This document shows, one piece after another, positions 9,977-20,163 of a DNA stretch of 64,000 bases. Source of the stretch: Nitrospirales bacterium (GTDB lineage Bacteria > Nitrospirota > Nitrospiria > Nitrospirales > UBA8639); the NCBI GenBank assembly GCA_965223765.1, contig OZ245016.1:594654-658653 (forward strand), written 5' to 3'. Under the pieces are notes generated by a model. The model ran no database searches. It was not told where the DNA came from and saw only the letters and a list, made by a program, of their open reading frames with translations. Every line of letters starts with the position of its first letter. Position 1 is the stretch's first letter. The translations under genes and the position numbers were made by a program.

Positions 9977-11788
9977 TCACGTGACAGGTTCAGAGACCGA
10001 CGGATATTCGAACTCGGTTTGTTGGCGATAGAGCATACTGTAGTACCCATTCTGATTCTTAAGCGCTTCGTGTGTGCCTTGCTCAACGATTGCGCCATCC
10101 CGAAGAACAAGAATTTGATCAAACTGATCCATGCAAAAAAATTGGTGGGCGATAAATAGCGTCGTTTTCCCTTCTTGAACCTGTGCAATGGCTTTTCGGA
10201 TAAGAGTAGCCGATTCAATATCCACAGCCGATGTGGGTTCATCTAAGATGAGAATCGACGGACGTTTAATGAAGGCCCTGGCTAGGCAAATTCGCTGGCG
10301 TTGCCCGCCAGAGAGAGTGTTTCCTTTCTCTCCAACGATCGTGTCGTAGCCGTCCGAGAGCGCCATAATGAAGTCATGAGCATACGCTTGCTGGGCGGCA
10401 GTCTTCATTTCCTGAAGCGTCGCATCTGGTTTTCCATAGGAAATATTCTCGGCAATGCTGGCGCCAAATAGAACGGTATCCTGAAGCACAATGCCAATCT
10501 CGTGTCGTAATGACTCGCGCTGGTAATGCGTGATATCCACGCGATCGATCATGATATGTCCTTCCTGAGCATCATAGAGACGAAGGAGCAAGCTCACGAT
10601 CGTTGACTTCCCGGCTCCCGATGCGCCAACCAGCGCGACGCGTTGACCGGGAAGGATGTGAAACGAAATTTCGTTCAAAACGGTTTGATTCTTTTGGTAA
10701 CCAAAAGAGACCCGATCAAACGTCAGGTCTCCTTTCAGGTTACCAGCGGGTACAGCATGAGGGGCTTCCGTGATTTCGGGCTCGATCTCTAGCAGCTCGG
10801 CGATTCTCGTCGCACTCACCGACACCTTTGCAAACCTGGCGGAAAGCTTTCCTAAATCGCGGATAGGTTTGAAGAAGCTTCTGACATAGGCGACAAAGAT
10901 TAAGAGATCGCCGGGCAACATGCGGCCTTTCAAAACGTACCAGGCCCCAAAGAACACGGTGCAGGCGACTCCAATCGCGCTGATCAATGAGACCACCGTC
11001 GTAACAGCAGCCGAGGTTCTAGCTGTCTGAATGCCGGCTTCCAAATTCTTTGCACTTTCCTCTTCAAGACGGTCTTTTTCGTATTCTTCCCGTCCAAAAG
11101 CCTGTATGAGTGAGATAGAGGACAAGGCTTCGTTGACCCGTGAATGAATCTTTCCTTCCTGCCTGCGTTGGTATCGTACGGACGTCCTGATCTTCAGATT
11201 GAGAAGAAGGAGGATGCATCCGAGAACGGGCAGCGTCAAAAGGATGACGAGACTCAGTTCCCAGCTCAACATAAACATCACAATAGACATGCCAACCAGC
11301 ATGAGGACGTGGGCAATAGCCTTGAGTGCCCAGTCGGTAAACGCTTCTTTTAAGGTCGTCGTGTCATCCGAGAATTTCGTTAGAATCTCTCCAGTCGGCA
11401 CTCGATTGTGAAAAGAAAGAGACAGCCGTTGGAGATGCGCGAAGAGTTCTCTTCGCAACGTATAGACTAACTCGTGTCCGATTTTTGTGGTGGTATAGAT
11501 TTGGAAATAGGACAAGCTCCCACCCAGGATCGCGAAAAGCGCGATAGAGGCGGAGACAACGAAGAGGGGGAGAAGTGTTTCATCTTGTAAGAAGGCAGTC
11601 AAAAACGTCAGGGTCGGCGGCAATGGATTAGCCAAGAGTATGTAGTCAACCACGATTTTCAATGGCCATGGTGCTAGCAATTGTGTCGTGATCACTCCGA
11701 TGAGACACAAAGCTGCCAAACACAGTTTCCCTTTCACATTGAGCAGATGGGTAGAGATGATACCCCTGAAGGTACGACCATTAAGCAT
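9977..11788 (-). CDS. ABC exporter, fused permease/ATPase
   Basis: TM domain, Walker A GASGAGKS, LSGGQRQR signature, ILILDEPTS. Confidence 0.93.
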   Translation of the reverse strand: MLNGRTFRGIISTHLLNVKGKLCLAALCLIGVITTQLLAPWPLKIVVDYILLANPLPPTLTFLTAFLQDETLLPLFVVSASIALFAILGGSLSYFQIYTTTKIGHELVYTLRRELFAHLQRLSLSFHNRVPTGEILTKFSDDTTTLKEAFTDWALKAIAHVLMLVGMSIVMFMLSWELSLVILLTLPVLGCILLLLNLKIRTSVRYQRRQEGKIHSRVNEALSSISLIQAFGREEYEKDRLEEESAKNLEAGIQTARTSAAVTTVVSLISAIGVACTVFFGAWYVLKGRMLPGDLLIFVAYVRSFFKPIRDLGKLSARFAKVSVSATRIAELLEIEPEITEAPHAVPAGNLKGDLTFDRVSFGYQKNQTVLNEISFHILPGQRVALVGASGAGKSTIVSLLLRLYDAQEGHIMIDRVDITHYQRESLRHEIGIVLQDTVLFGASIAENISYGKPDATLQEMKTAAQQAYAHDFIMALSDGYDTIVGEKGNTLSGGQRQRICLARAFIKRPSILILDEPTSAVDIESATLIRKAIAQVQEGKTTLFIAHQFFCMDQFDQILVLRDGAIVEQGTHEALKNQNGYYSMLYRQQTEFEYPSVSEPVT

Positions 11789-13862
11789 TGGAAGCCTTCG
11801 ACTCGGAAAGCGGGACTATCCGTTGTTGGGTTTGCCAGAGTGTTTGAAAGGAATGGAATACGATATTGGGCCACTGCCGAAGTTCGGCAAGGAGCTGGTC
11901 CAAGAACAGGAACGCTTCCGTATCCATGACTTTGTGATGCAGCAGGATACCGATGAGGTCGAGTTCATGCATCTGCTTGAGGAAACACGTCGCGATGTCT
12001 TCCGGTCCTTTGAGCTGTGGGCCACCTTTCCAGGTGCAGAGATCGAGGGTCGTGGAAATTTCTGTAAATGAGTAGCCTGTGACAGGGGGTTTCCCGTTAT
12101 CTTTGGATAGGATATGGAACCCCAGTTCATCAAGGACCTGGAACGTATCGGTTGTACAACGATTCCAGGGTGGTGTGAATACCGGAAAGAATCGTATGGG
12201 AAATATGGATTCAAGGATGGTTTTCCCCTTGGCTATATCGTGCATTTGCTCTTGGAAAGAACGGCTTGGTCCAAACTCACATTTTCGGCCAACGTTCTCG
12301 TGATTGTGATGTGACAAGCCATGTTGGTTCAGACTCACGAGGGCGGAACTGATTCGGTTGCAATCCTTCAGAAACCGAATACCACCCGGAGTGAGTTTTT
12401 CTGGAATGATCTGAAGATTCAATGGAACATCGTACGAGAGTGTGATATCCCACAAATGCCGGAGAGATTCTTCGTCATCATCGATGTCGTCGTCTCGTAA
12501 AAAGACGTGAACGGTTTGACGAGTTTCGGCTAATCCTTCAAGTCCTCTTCGAAGGTGGTCTTGCCATTCGGACCTCGAGTCTGCGTGCCAGTCGAGTGTC
12601 TTCTGAACAAATGGAGCTGCAGCCTTGGACCACTCAATAAGCCCATCAAGTAGCAGTGGAATGTTTTTCGCACCTTGAATGTCAGGAAGAGATCGTGGAA
12701 GGCTTGCCTCTGTATCGAGTGTGTCCCGTATCGTTTTGGCCAGGTAAGCAGGTTGGAGTTTATCCGGGTCGAGGATGGTGACGATGCCCCGTTTCTGGAG
12801 TTTTTTGGCTCGAATGCGTTGTTCTTCGTTCCCTCTTCCCATGAAGGGGAGCACAAGAGCCCGGATGCCCGTTGAAATAATATTCATGCAGGTGTTGTAG
12901 CCAGCCATGCTGATCGAGAGATCGGCGTAGGTGAGATATGCCAGGAATCGGTTGGTATAGCGCTGCAGGACAATATAGGGTTTATTGCGGCAGCGTTGCT
13001 GCAGGTTCCTATAGTCCTCATCAGACATGTAGGGGCCCGCAAACATGATCAGCCGGTGTGGGAAAGACGATGTCAGCAAGTCACTAGCGATGATTATGCA
13101 TTCCATCAGTTCAGAGCCAACTCTTCCCCCACCGATGCTGGCAATAATAATAGGACTTTCTTCAGGACTTGCGGGAATATCCAGTAGTGACTGGGGGTGA
13201 GATGCCGAAGCGGTCTGCGAAACAAACCCGGTGTAGTGAATGTTGCATGTGAGCGCTGGTACCAGCGAAAACGTTTCCTCCAATGTCTGAAAGTCTGGAT
13301 CGGCATGAACAAGTAATAGGTCAAAATAACGATTCATCAGGGCGACAACCCATTCTTCATGTCTGGTCTGGTCTGATTTGCTCACCAGAATATCTCTCAA
13401 GCTGCAGACGACTTTAGTCTGTCCTCCTGACAATCTGACTCTTGCTAAAAGTGGCACAAGCTCACAGGCGAAACGTTTTCGGCCAAACGGAAACAGTTCG
13501 AGGATCAGCAGATCGGGTTGGATGCGCCCGTATGCCTGTAACATGAGTGCTCGGCGAGCTTTGATGATTTCCTCAACCGGTTGTTCGGAGTCTGCACCGG
13601 AAAGACCTTCAAATTCAGCATCGGATTTAAGGGGTGGAAGATTAATGATGTGGACCGGCGGCGGTACCGAGACATCTGATAATAATTCTCCCCCATTCAG
13701 AAAGTAGACGTCATAGTCTGTTAGCGCTCGGACAATCTCCAGGCTTCGAATCATGTGCCCCATTCCCAGAACATGTTGGCAATAAAACATAATTGTTTTC
13801 ATCATATTCCAATCATGCTCTTTTTGACGGTAAGCAGTGAAGCGATTCAGTCGCGATATCAC
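11781..13862 (-). CDS. GT-B glycosyltransferase (GT28-like) fused to a polysaccharide-deacetylase-like domain
   Basis: YCQHVLGMGH, ELFPFGR, SIGGGRVG, SMAGYNT; C-terminal FLRDDD...QHGLSHHNH...FTPPWN. Confidence 0.8.
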   Translation of the reverse strand: MISRLNRFTAYRQKEHDWNMMKTIMFYCQHVLGMGHMIRSLEIVRALTDYDVYFLNGGELLSDVSVPPPVHIINLPPLKSDAEFEGLSGADSEQPVEEIIKARRALMLQAYGRIQPDLLILELFPFGRKRFACELVPLLARVRLSGGQTKVVCSLRDILVSKSDQTRHEEWVVALMNRYFDLLLVHADPDFQTLEETFSLVPALTCNIHYTGFVSQTASASHPQSLLDIPASPEESPIIIASIGGGRVGSELMECIIIASDLLTSSFPHRLIMFAGPYMSDEDYRNLQQRCRNKPYIVLQRYTNRFLAYLTYADLSISMAGYNTCMNIISTGIRALVLPFMGRGNEEQRIRAKKLQKRGIVTILDPDKLQPAYLAKTIRDTLDTEASLPRSLPDIQGAKNIPLLLDGLIEWSKAAAPFVQKTLDWHADSRSEWQDHLRRGLEGLAETRQTVHVFLRDDDIDDDEESLRHLWDITLSYDVPLNLQIIPEKLTPGGIRFLKDCNRISSALVSLNQHGLSHHNHENVGRKCEFGPSRSFQEQMHDIAKGKTILESIFPIRFFPVFTPPWNRCTTDTFQVLDELGFHILSKDNGKPPVTGYSFTEISTTLDLCTWKGGPQLKGPEDIATCFLKQMHELDLIGILLHHKVMDTEAFLFLDQLLAELRQWPNIVFHSFQTLWQTQQRIVPLSESKASNA

Positions 13863-15189
13863 CCTGCCGAGCTAACGTCAGGTAATGCTCCATTCGTCGA
13901 TTCCACCCGGGTTGCAATTGAAGCAGTTCTCGACATGCCTTGCGGATGAGTTGAATCTGCATATGCCACCGCACTCTGTCTGGTGACATCTCCCAGTCCA
14001 CATGGCGCGCATAGGCTAGACAAAATGAGCGAGTCATGGGTGCAATGAAGTCGACCGCATAGTCGTAAAAATATAACTGTGCAAGAAAATCCGCCACGTC
14101 CTGAAGCGGATCACCTTGAGCCACATCATCAAAATCGCAGAGAACAATCCTGTGCTTGGAGAGCATTAACTGCTCAAGGTGGAAGTCGCCATGAATCACA
14201 GACGTTGGAGCTGATGAAAAGTCTGTTACCTGTTCTTCTAATTCAAGAAGGAAGGAGCACAGCGATTTCTTGTGTTCAGGGAATACCTGATAGATTTTGG
14301 CGGACTGTTTTCGAGCTTCAATCACTCGATCTTTGTGGCTCACAGTCCTCTCCATCATCAGGCGACTTTTATGAAAAACCGCCAGATTCTTGCCCACGAT
14401 TGTGAGCAAGTCATGAAAATTTGTGCGATTGATCATTCTGCGCAGGGGATAGCCATAGATGCCATCTTGCCAAACGGTATTGATCTCTTTCGTAAGCCCT
14501 AATGGTTTGGCAACCGTGAATCCACGGGAATTGGCGAGAGATTGCGACCAGAAATATTCATTCCGGTGAAACACACTCGTGCCACATTCATTGGCAAATG
14601 TCTTTGCATAGATGGCGTGGGCTGGCGAAGTAGATCGGGGGTTCTCGCGAAGGTCATATCGTATTGTACAGCGCGACTCCGGTTTGTACCGAACCAAATT
14701 GGGCCGAATGCCTCGATTTTTCTGCGACCAATCTAATGCGGATTTTCGTTCCATGGGAAGCGGTAACGTGTTTTCTACCGTCTGTATGTCTAGCAACTTT
14801 GGCAGATGATGTAGCTTTGGATCATTGGGAAACGCCCAGATAATCATGTCTAGGTTAGGTAGATGGACCAACGGTTTGCCGAATGCCGGAGATGTCAGAG
14901 GTGTAGGTGGAAGCTTTGTAAAAACTTTCTTGCTATGCCCTCCCATGTAGGCTCTGCCATACAACTTGAGCGGCTGTTGTCTATGAGCAGACATGTCGCT
15001 GATCTGTAAGAGGTATCCGATTCCCAAAAAAGTCTTATGTTGAAAGCCTTCTTTGAAGGATTGTTTCATAAGTAGATAGTCAATCTTGCATGAAGCAATC
15101 CTCAGCCTCCCATCCGAAAAACCTGGGAGGTGATCTTGGAAGAGCCCTCTCATGGTCTGAGCATCTTGAAATGATTGAAATCGTGTCAT
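13813..15189 (-). CDS. aminoglycoside-phosphotransferase-family kinase
   Basis: RYKPESRCTIRY, IHGDFHLEQ, CDFDD, GDPLQDVADF. Confidence 0.82.
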   Translation of the reverse strand: MTRFQSFQDAQTMRGLFQDHLPGFSDGRLRIASCKIDYLLMKQSFKEGFQHKTFLGIGYLLQISDMSAHRQQPLKLYGRAYMGGHSKKVFTKLPPTPLTSPAFGKPLVHLPNLDMIIWAFPNDPKLHHLPKLLDIQTVENTLPLPMERKSALDWSQKNRGIRPNLVRYKPESRCTIRYDLRENPRSTSPAHAIYAKTFANECGTSVFHRNEYFWSQSLANSRGFTVAKPLGLTKEINTVWQDGIYGYPLRRMINRTNFHDLLTIVGKNLAVFHKSRLMMERTVSHKDRVIEARKQSAKIYQVFPEHKKSLCSFLLELEEQVTDFSSAPTSVIHGDFHLEQLMLSKHRIVLCDFDDVAQGDPLQDVADFLAQLYFYDYAVDFIAPMTRSFCLAYARHVDWEMSPDRVRWHMQIQLIRKACRELLQLQPGWNRRMEHYLTLARQGDIATESLHCLPSKRA

Positions 15190-15194
15190 CTCAG

Positions 15195-15419
15195 TTAATC
15201 ACTAGTCAGAAATCTAGAAAAGAATATGGGAATGTTGAAAAAAGCCGCCAGCGGTGTTTTCTTGGTGAGCAACTCAGAAATCGTCTGCTCGATAATTTTG
15301 GATTTCTTGAGGATCTTATGGCTAATTTCTGCCAAGCTGCGTGTGGTAGATTTATACCGCTGTGCGGGAATGGTTAGAGCAGATTCACAATAGTCAGACT
15401 GGCGACCTAGCGTAGTCAT
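15195..15419 (-). CDS. possible small coupled ORF, 74 aa
   Basis: ATG overlaps the upstream TGA; stop is 5 nt before the next ATG, filling the operon gap; no recognisable motif. Confidence 0.35.
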   Translation of the reverse strand: MTTLGRQSDYCESALTIPAQRYKSTTRSLAEISHKILKKSKIIEQTISELLTKKTPLAAFFNIPIFFSRFLTSD

Positions 15420-16654
15420 AGCTGCCTCTCACTCTTGCTCCGAAAAAGATATTCCTGCGCGTGTAACACGTATTGTTTCGCGCACAATGCCCGGTTAGGG
15501 TGAATTTTGGATGTGGCGCGCAGCGCCTTTGCCAGCCACTTATGTGCACAATAGATATCTATGAGTGCCGGGTTGAGAGCAATCGCCATGGATTCATATC
15601 CATGAATAAAGGCTTTTTGGACTTCGACGAATCGACCCCGTCCTTTGTCTTTGAATGCAAGCTCAGTCAAAAATGAGGCAACATCATATTCACGGTCGCC
15701 ACATGCCATCCGATCAAAATCCACCAACCCCAATCCCGAGTCGCTGACTAACCACTGCTCTGGATGAAGGTCGGTGTGTAACGGTACAAGCTCTTGCCCA
15801 TTCCATCTCGCGTGAGCCAATTGTAAGTGGTTGAGTAAAGTCTCAACATCAGCCTGCAGATGAGGGTGATGCTGTGTAAGCATCGCACCATGCCTTCTGG
15901 CCTGCCTCAGCACAGTTTTGTTGTCGAATATGATGGTTGAGGATAGGCGACATTGATGAAGCGTCGCGATGGCTTCTCCTATCTTATAAGCCAGAGGAAG
16001 GCCTTTGGCTTCAAGGAGCTGGTGAATGGTAACGGGTGTTCCTGGTACCGTCTTTTGCCACAGTGTTCGCGTTGATCCATCCCATCCAACAGGTTCAGGC
16101 ACAGAAAACCCGAGTGCGCCTCGGTTTGCGACATCCCACAGAGCCATGCCATCCGTGTGAATTCTTTGTCCCACATCAGAATCAAACACCTTCGCAAATT
16201 CCGCGAAGCCGTGTGGGCCTGTCGAGAACTGGATCGTACATCGATGGTGAGGATGATAGTGAACGACGTGTGCCTGGTCACTTGTCATGAGAACATGGCG
16301 CAACATAGGGAGAGCCGGATCTTCAGGAAATCGTGTGAGTCGAAGCCACCCCATCCCGTTCATAAAGATCGTGGTTTCTTCAGCAGATGAAGGTGCCTGA
16401 AGATGTTGTGATAACTCAATCAGGCAAATGTGTTGCAGTTTATCTTGTGTCTGAAAAACAAGCGTGGCGTAGACCTCTTGATAGGGAGAGAATCTTCCTG
16501 ACATACGTGTCCAGATTCGATCTGGTCGCCACCACCCCAAGCGGCTTCCTCTCTCATTAATGGACTCAATAAAGAATTGATCGTCTGAAAGACGGCCGAT
16601 TTGATCGAGTGAACCGGCGTCGAGTAGATCAGGTATCTTTAGGACAGTCGTCAT
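15416..16654 (-). CDS. aminoglycoside-phosphotransferase-family kinase
   Basis: HYHPHHRCT, LHTDLHPEQ, VDFDR, GDREYDVASF. Confidence 0.8.
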   Translation of the reverse strand: MTTVLKIPDLLDAGSLDQIGRLSDDQFFIESINERGSRLGWWRPDRIWTRMSGRFSPYQEVYATLVFQTQDKLQHICLIELSQHLQAPSSAEETTIFMNGMGWLRLTRFPEDPALPMLRHVLMTSDQAHVVHYHPHHRCTIQFSTGPHGFAEFAKVFDSDVGQRIHTDGMALWDVANRGALGFSVPEPVGWDGSTRTLWQKTVPGTPVTIHQLLEAKGLPLAYKIGEAIATLHQCRLSSTIIFDNKTVLRQARRHGAMLTQHHPHLQADVETLLNHLQLAHARWNGQELVPLHTDLHPEQWLVSDSGLGLVDFDRMACGDREYDVASFLTELAFKDKGRGRFVEVQKAFIHGYESMAIALNPALIDIYCAHKWLAKALRATSKIHPNRALCAKQYVLHAQEYLFRSKSERQL

Positions 16655-18087
16655 AGGGATCGTTCCGAGGCTGGGACTAGAGGACCCCCAACCGAAAGGT
16701 ATTGACTGTCTGAAGTCAGGCGATCGATCAGCTTCACGATTCGTTCTATTTTTACGAAGGTTCCTGGTTTGGCCTTTTTAAGACAGCGATACACGCGTTC
16801 AATAACAAGCGCCGTTGCCACATACCATCGTAGGGCAGGTTCGGATACTTCCCAGTTCACCTGCCTTTGGTAACTTTGCAGAAAAACTTTGATGAGTTCA
16901 TCCATTCGAGATTCGGTTAGTCCCACTTCCAGGCCTTGATACAGGAGATAGGAGACGAAACTTCCCAGATCATGGAGTGGTAATCCGATTCCAATATCAT
17001 CGAGATCAATGATGGAAACCGATGTCCCGTCCACAACAAAATTTTTAAAATGTAAATCTCCATGTAAGGTGACAGCGTCGCCTTGTTCGAAGCGAGTAAC
17101 ATTGTTTTTGATAAATGCGACAATATTGTCAAGCGTCTTGATTGTATGAGGTTTCAGACCAGAGAGAGACGGCTTGAAATGCTCTAATTTGGCGAGGCGA
17201 TCTTCCAATATGATCGGTCGGGCTCCCTGAACTGATAAAGAATGAAGAATGGCGACCGTCCTTCCTGCATCTTCCACAAGTTTCGTAAAGTGCGGACTTT
17301 TCATGTTGTACTGCTGCAACGTCGTTCCTGGTACAGCAAGTTGCCATAGCACGTTTTTGGCGCAGTCATACCAAATAGGCTGCGCCATTCTGAATTCACC
17401 AAGTTTTCTTGCCTCGGTCTTCCAGAGGTCGGACATGACAGCATAGGCATGGTTGCCATGGTGTTTATCAGCATAGGTTTTCGCGTACAAAGTCATCGAT
17501 TTCTTTTTGGCCAATTCTCGGCTGTGCAGGTGAAGCATGACTTTCACGGTGCAGCTATACCTGGGGAGGTAATTCATGACTTCCGGCGAGACACGGAGAA
17601 TTGCCCAATCACCTCGAAAGGTATGGGTCAGCAGCTTGGGCAGCCATTGATCTCGTAAACGAGCGGGATCGGTCAGTTCAGGCAGAGCGGTAAGTTTGCG
17701 GTCATTCGGGAAACACCATATGACCATGTCCCATTCTGGTATATGGATTAAGGCTTTTCCGCATGTCGGGGATATCAGTGATTGGGCTCGTGCTTGGGTA
17801 TAACGAGACCATGAATCTCCAGGCTGAAAAATCTGGGCTGAATACAACTGGGCGAACACTTGTTGTGTACCGGTATCGTGAATACTGAGTTGATAGCAAA
17901 CGGTACAGGGTTTGGTCTGTTTGTATTTCACGTAGACTATCTCGCAGTCCGTGACTCTGAATCGGTGTCGTAGTTGTTCGCTCTCAAACAACAGGTCTTG
18001 AAATTTCTCCGACATCGTCGAAGCATCGAGCGCTTTCGACAGTTGAGGGAGTGTGTCATCAGATGGAATATCTCGAGCACCAATCAT
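16651..18087 (-). CDS. aminoglycoside-phosphotransferase-family kinase
   Basis: WCFPNDRKL, LHGDLHFKN, IDLDD, GLPLHDLGSF. Confidence 0.82.
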   Translation of the reverse strand: MIGARDIPSDDTLPQLSKALDASTMSEKFQDLLFESEQLRHRFRVTDCEIVYVKYKQTKPCTVCYQLSIHDTGTQQVFAQLYSAQIFQPGDSWSRYTQARAQSLISPTCGKALIHIPEWDMVIWCFPNDRKLTALPELTDPARLRDQWLPKLLTHTFRGDWAILRVSPEVMNYLPRYSCTVKVMLHLHSRELAKKKSMTLYAKTYADKHHGNHAYAVMSDLWKTEARKLGEFRMAQPIWYDCAKNVLWQLAVPGTTLQQYNMKSPHFTKLVEDAGRTVAILHSLSVQGARPIILEDRLAKLEHFKPSLSGLKPHTIKTLDNIVAFIKNNVTRFEQGDAVTLHGDLHFKNFVVDGTSVSIIDLDDIGIGLPLHDLGSFVSYLLYQGLEVGLTESRMDELIKVFLQSYQRQVNWEVSEPALRWYVATALVIERVYRCLKKAKPGTFVKIERIVKLIDRLTSDSQYLSVGGPLVPASERSL

Positions 18088-18146
18088 AAACAGCTCAGGA
18101 ATGTTTGAGGGATTTCAGAAGGTTCTTTTGCCATAAGACATCTGAG

Positions 18147-20153
18147 CTATCCAACCACATAGCGCCGGAGAAAAGTGTCCGCTCCATTCGTTCGAATCAA
18201 ACAGGTGGCTCCATCGTGCGCAAACCGGTCAAAGGCGTATTCTCCAGGGCATGAGGAATGCCTCACAAAATAATAGTCGTGAAAGATCTGGTCATCTCGC
18301 GAAATCTTGATGCACAGAGCCGAAGCCTGATTTGGCGTGCAGGAACGGTCATCGTGAAAAACAGGCAACTTCTGAACTGATATCCCGGGAGCCTCTGTTT
18401 TATAAGGCATGATAACCGTGTGGTAGCACATACTGGTTTGTCGGCTTGAGAGTTTCACGATAGGGGCTTGATGTTTTGTCCCATACATGCGAGAGATGTA
18501 GCTGTCTTGGATAGTAGGCTGAATGTTCGCGTCCAATGGTTGAGCGAGTATCAGATGGGGCGCATGAATAATGAGCGAATCATTCGAAGCGACACATGAG
18601 GTTTGCCCCCAGGCTTCATCCGAGAGATGAAAGAGCAGATCATAGTCATGAGGGTCTTCAGCGATGATAAGATCAGATAGAATCCAATAGTCTGGCAACA
18701 CAAAAAAGATCTTGCGTTCATGAATGACCCGATATTCATGGCTCTTTGCGATTCCATGGAGGAAGTCAAATCCTGGTTGCGTGGTGAATTTTTGTAATCG
18801 AAAATCTGGCTGGGGCCCTTTGATTTTAAATCGCGTTTTATCAAAGACATAGCGTGTTTGATTTTTTCCGTCGATCAGCACGGTGTTGTGCGCGGCAGTC
18901 TCCCGAAATCGAACGCGCCAATTGATCTGGCCTGATTCGTCATAGGTATAACGTCCTGGGTCAATGATTAAGGATTTTCCATAAGCGGCCATTTCAAAAC
19001 TCAGCAGATCAAAATGCCCATGATTTCCGGCGCCTAGGGGGCCACAATCGAATATCAAATAGCGCTCACCTTCGTAGGGTTCCGACCCATCCCCCCAGCC
19101 ACTGCGGAGAATATAGTAGCCACTATGACTGAATTCCTTGGATCTCTCCTGAGGCGGAGTTCCACGCACACCTTGTGAGGCTACATACCGAAACTCCTGA
19201 TTGCCGTAGAGTTGAAACCCCTGTTCCAGAAGATCCAAGAAATTTCGGCTATCTCCATCACCGAGTGAAGGAATGGTTCCGTCGGGTTTATGGACATAAA
19301 GGGAAAACTCCAAAGCTTTCTGAATCTTCTCATCGACAATGGCAGGAAAAGTGATTTGATTGAGTACGGCCAAACGTCGAACCCACAAAAAATTCTTGAG
19401 GACTAAGTGATGGTAGTCCGTGGATAGTTCGCAATGAACGCCGTCAGGCAACAGATCTGATTGGATGTTCTTGACGAGTTCCGTTTTCGCAAGCTCCAGC
19501 CAGTTAGATGCTTCACGAAGCTCTGGGAAGACGACTCCCGCAAGAAAGATAGAACAGAGCTCCAAGGTCCGGTGGTTGCGTGCAGGCGTGAGATGTGTAC
19601 ACAAATAACTGACTTGTTGGGACAGAGACGAGAGAAACTTCAGGTAAAAATCCGAGTCTATGCGAGCCGTGTGTTCCTGAGTCACGAAAAAGTAATGCGC
19701 AAAAATCCAGTTCTGAATTCGACGTCCCGCAACATCGCTAGGCAAAAAATTGAGTGGAACCAGATTTATCCAGGACTCTGTGAGTTCAACCCATTTATTG
19801 AGACATTTTTGATCTTGGGTGTCGCCAAAGGCCATTCCCAGGCCCACCGCGTAATAAAACTTGTGAAGTAAGATAAGCCATTCCACATCCTGACTTGGAT
19901 TTTGAAGCCACGGAATGGAACGAAGGTTATGATAGACTTCCCCGTTGAACTCGAATGTGTCATCAAGAATGTTTTCGATTTTTTCCCGTCGGGTTTCGAC
20001 AGGATCGATCACGGGGAAATAGGTGACAGATTCTCGGGAACGGAAATGTTCCAAAATGTCTTGAGGGGTCCATTGAGCATACGGTTCCTGAAAAATCGTC
20101 AATGCTGACTGATGCCATTGGCGTGAGGATGTGCGTGAACGTGTCAGTGGCAT
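18147..20153 (-). CDS. heparinase II/III-family polysaccharide lyase-like protein
   Basis: DGVHCELSTDYH, SGYYILRSGW, FDCGPLG..HGHFDLLSF, IDPGRYTY, AAHNTV. Confidence 0.87.
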   Translation of the reverse strand: MPLTRSRTSSRQWHQSALTIFQEPYAQWTPQDILEHFRSRESVTYFPVIDPVETRREKIENILDDTFEFNGEVYHNLRSIPWLQNPSQDVEWLILLHKFYYAVGLGMAFGDTQDQKCLNKWVELTESWINLVPLNFLPSDVAGRRIQNWIFAHYFFVTQEHTARIDSDFYLKFLSSLSQQVSYLCTHLTPARNHRTLELCSIFLAGVVFPELREASNWLELAKTELVKNIQSDLLPDGVHCELSTDYHHLVLKNFLWVRRLAVLNQITFPAIVDEKIQKALEFSLYVHKPDGTIPSLGDGDSRNFLDLLEQGFQLYGNQEFRYVASQGVRGTPPQERSKEFSHSGYYILRSGWGDGSEPYEGERYLIFDCGPLGAGNHGHFDLLSFEMAAYGKSLIIDPGRYTYDESGQINWRVRFRETAAHNTVLIDGKNQTRYVFDKTRFKIKGPQPDFRLQKFTTQPGFDFLHGIAKSHEYRVIHERKIFFVLPDYWILSDLIIAEDPHDYDLLFHLSDEAWGQTSCVASNDSLIIHAPHLILAQPLDANIQPTIQDSYISRMYGTKHQAPIVKLSSRQTSMCYHTVIMPYKTEAPGISVQKLPVFHDDRSCTPNQASALCIKISRDDQIFHDYYFVRHSSCPGEYAFDRFAHDGATCLIRTNGADTFLRRYVVG

Positions 20154-20163
20154 CGAGTTACCC

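Noticed and set aside
13813-18087. Aminoglycoside resistance genes
   Set aside because: The proteins are too long, too divergent and embedded in a GT operon. The APH fold alone does not imply resistance.
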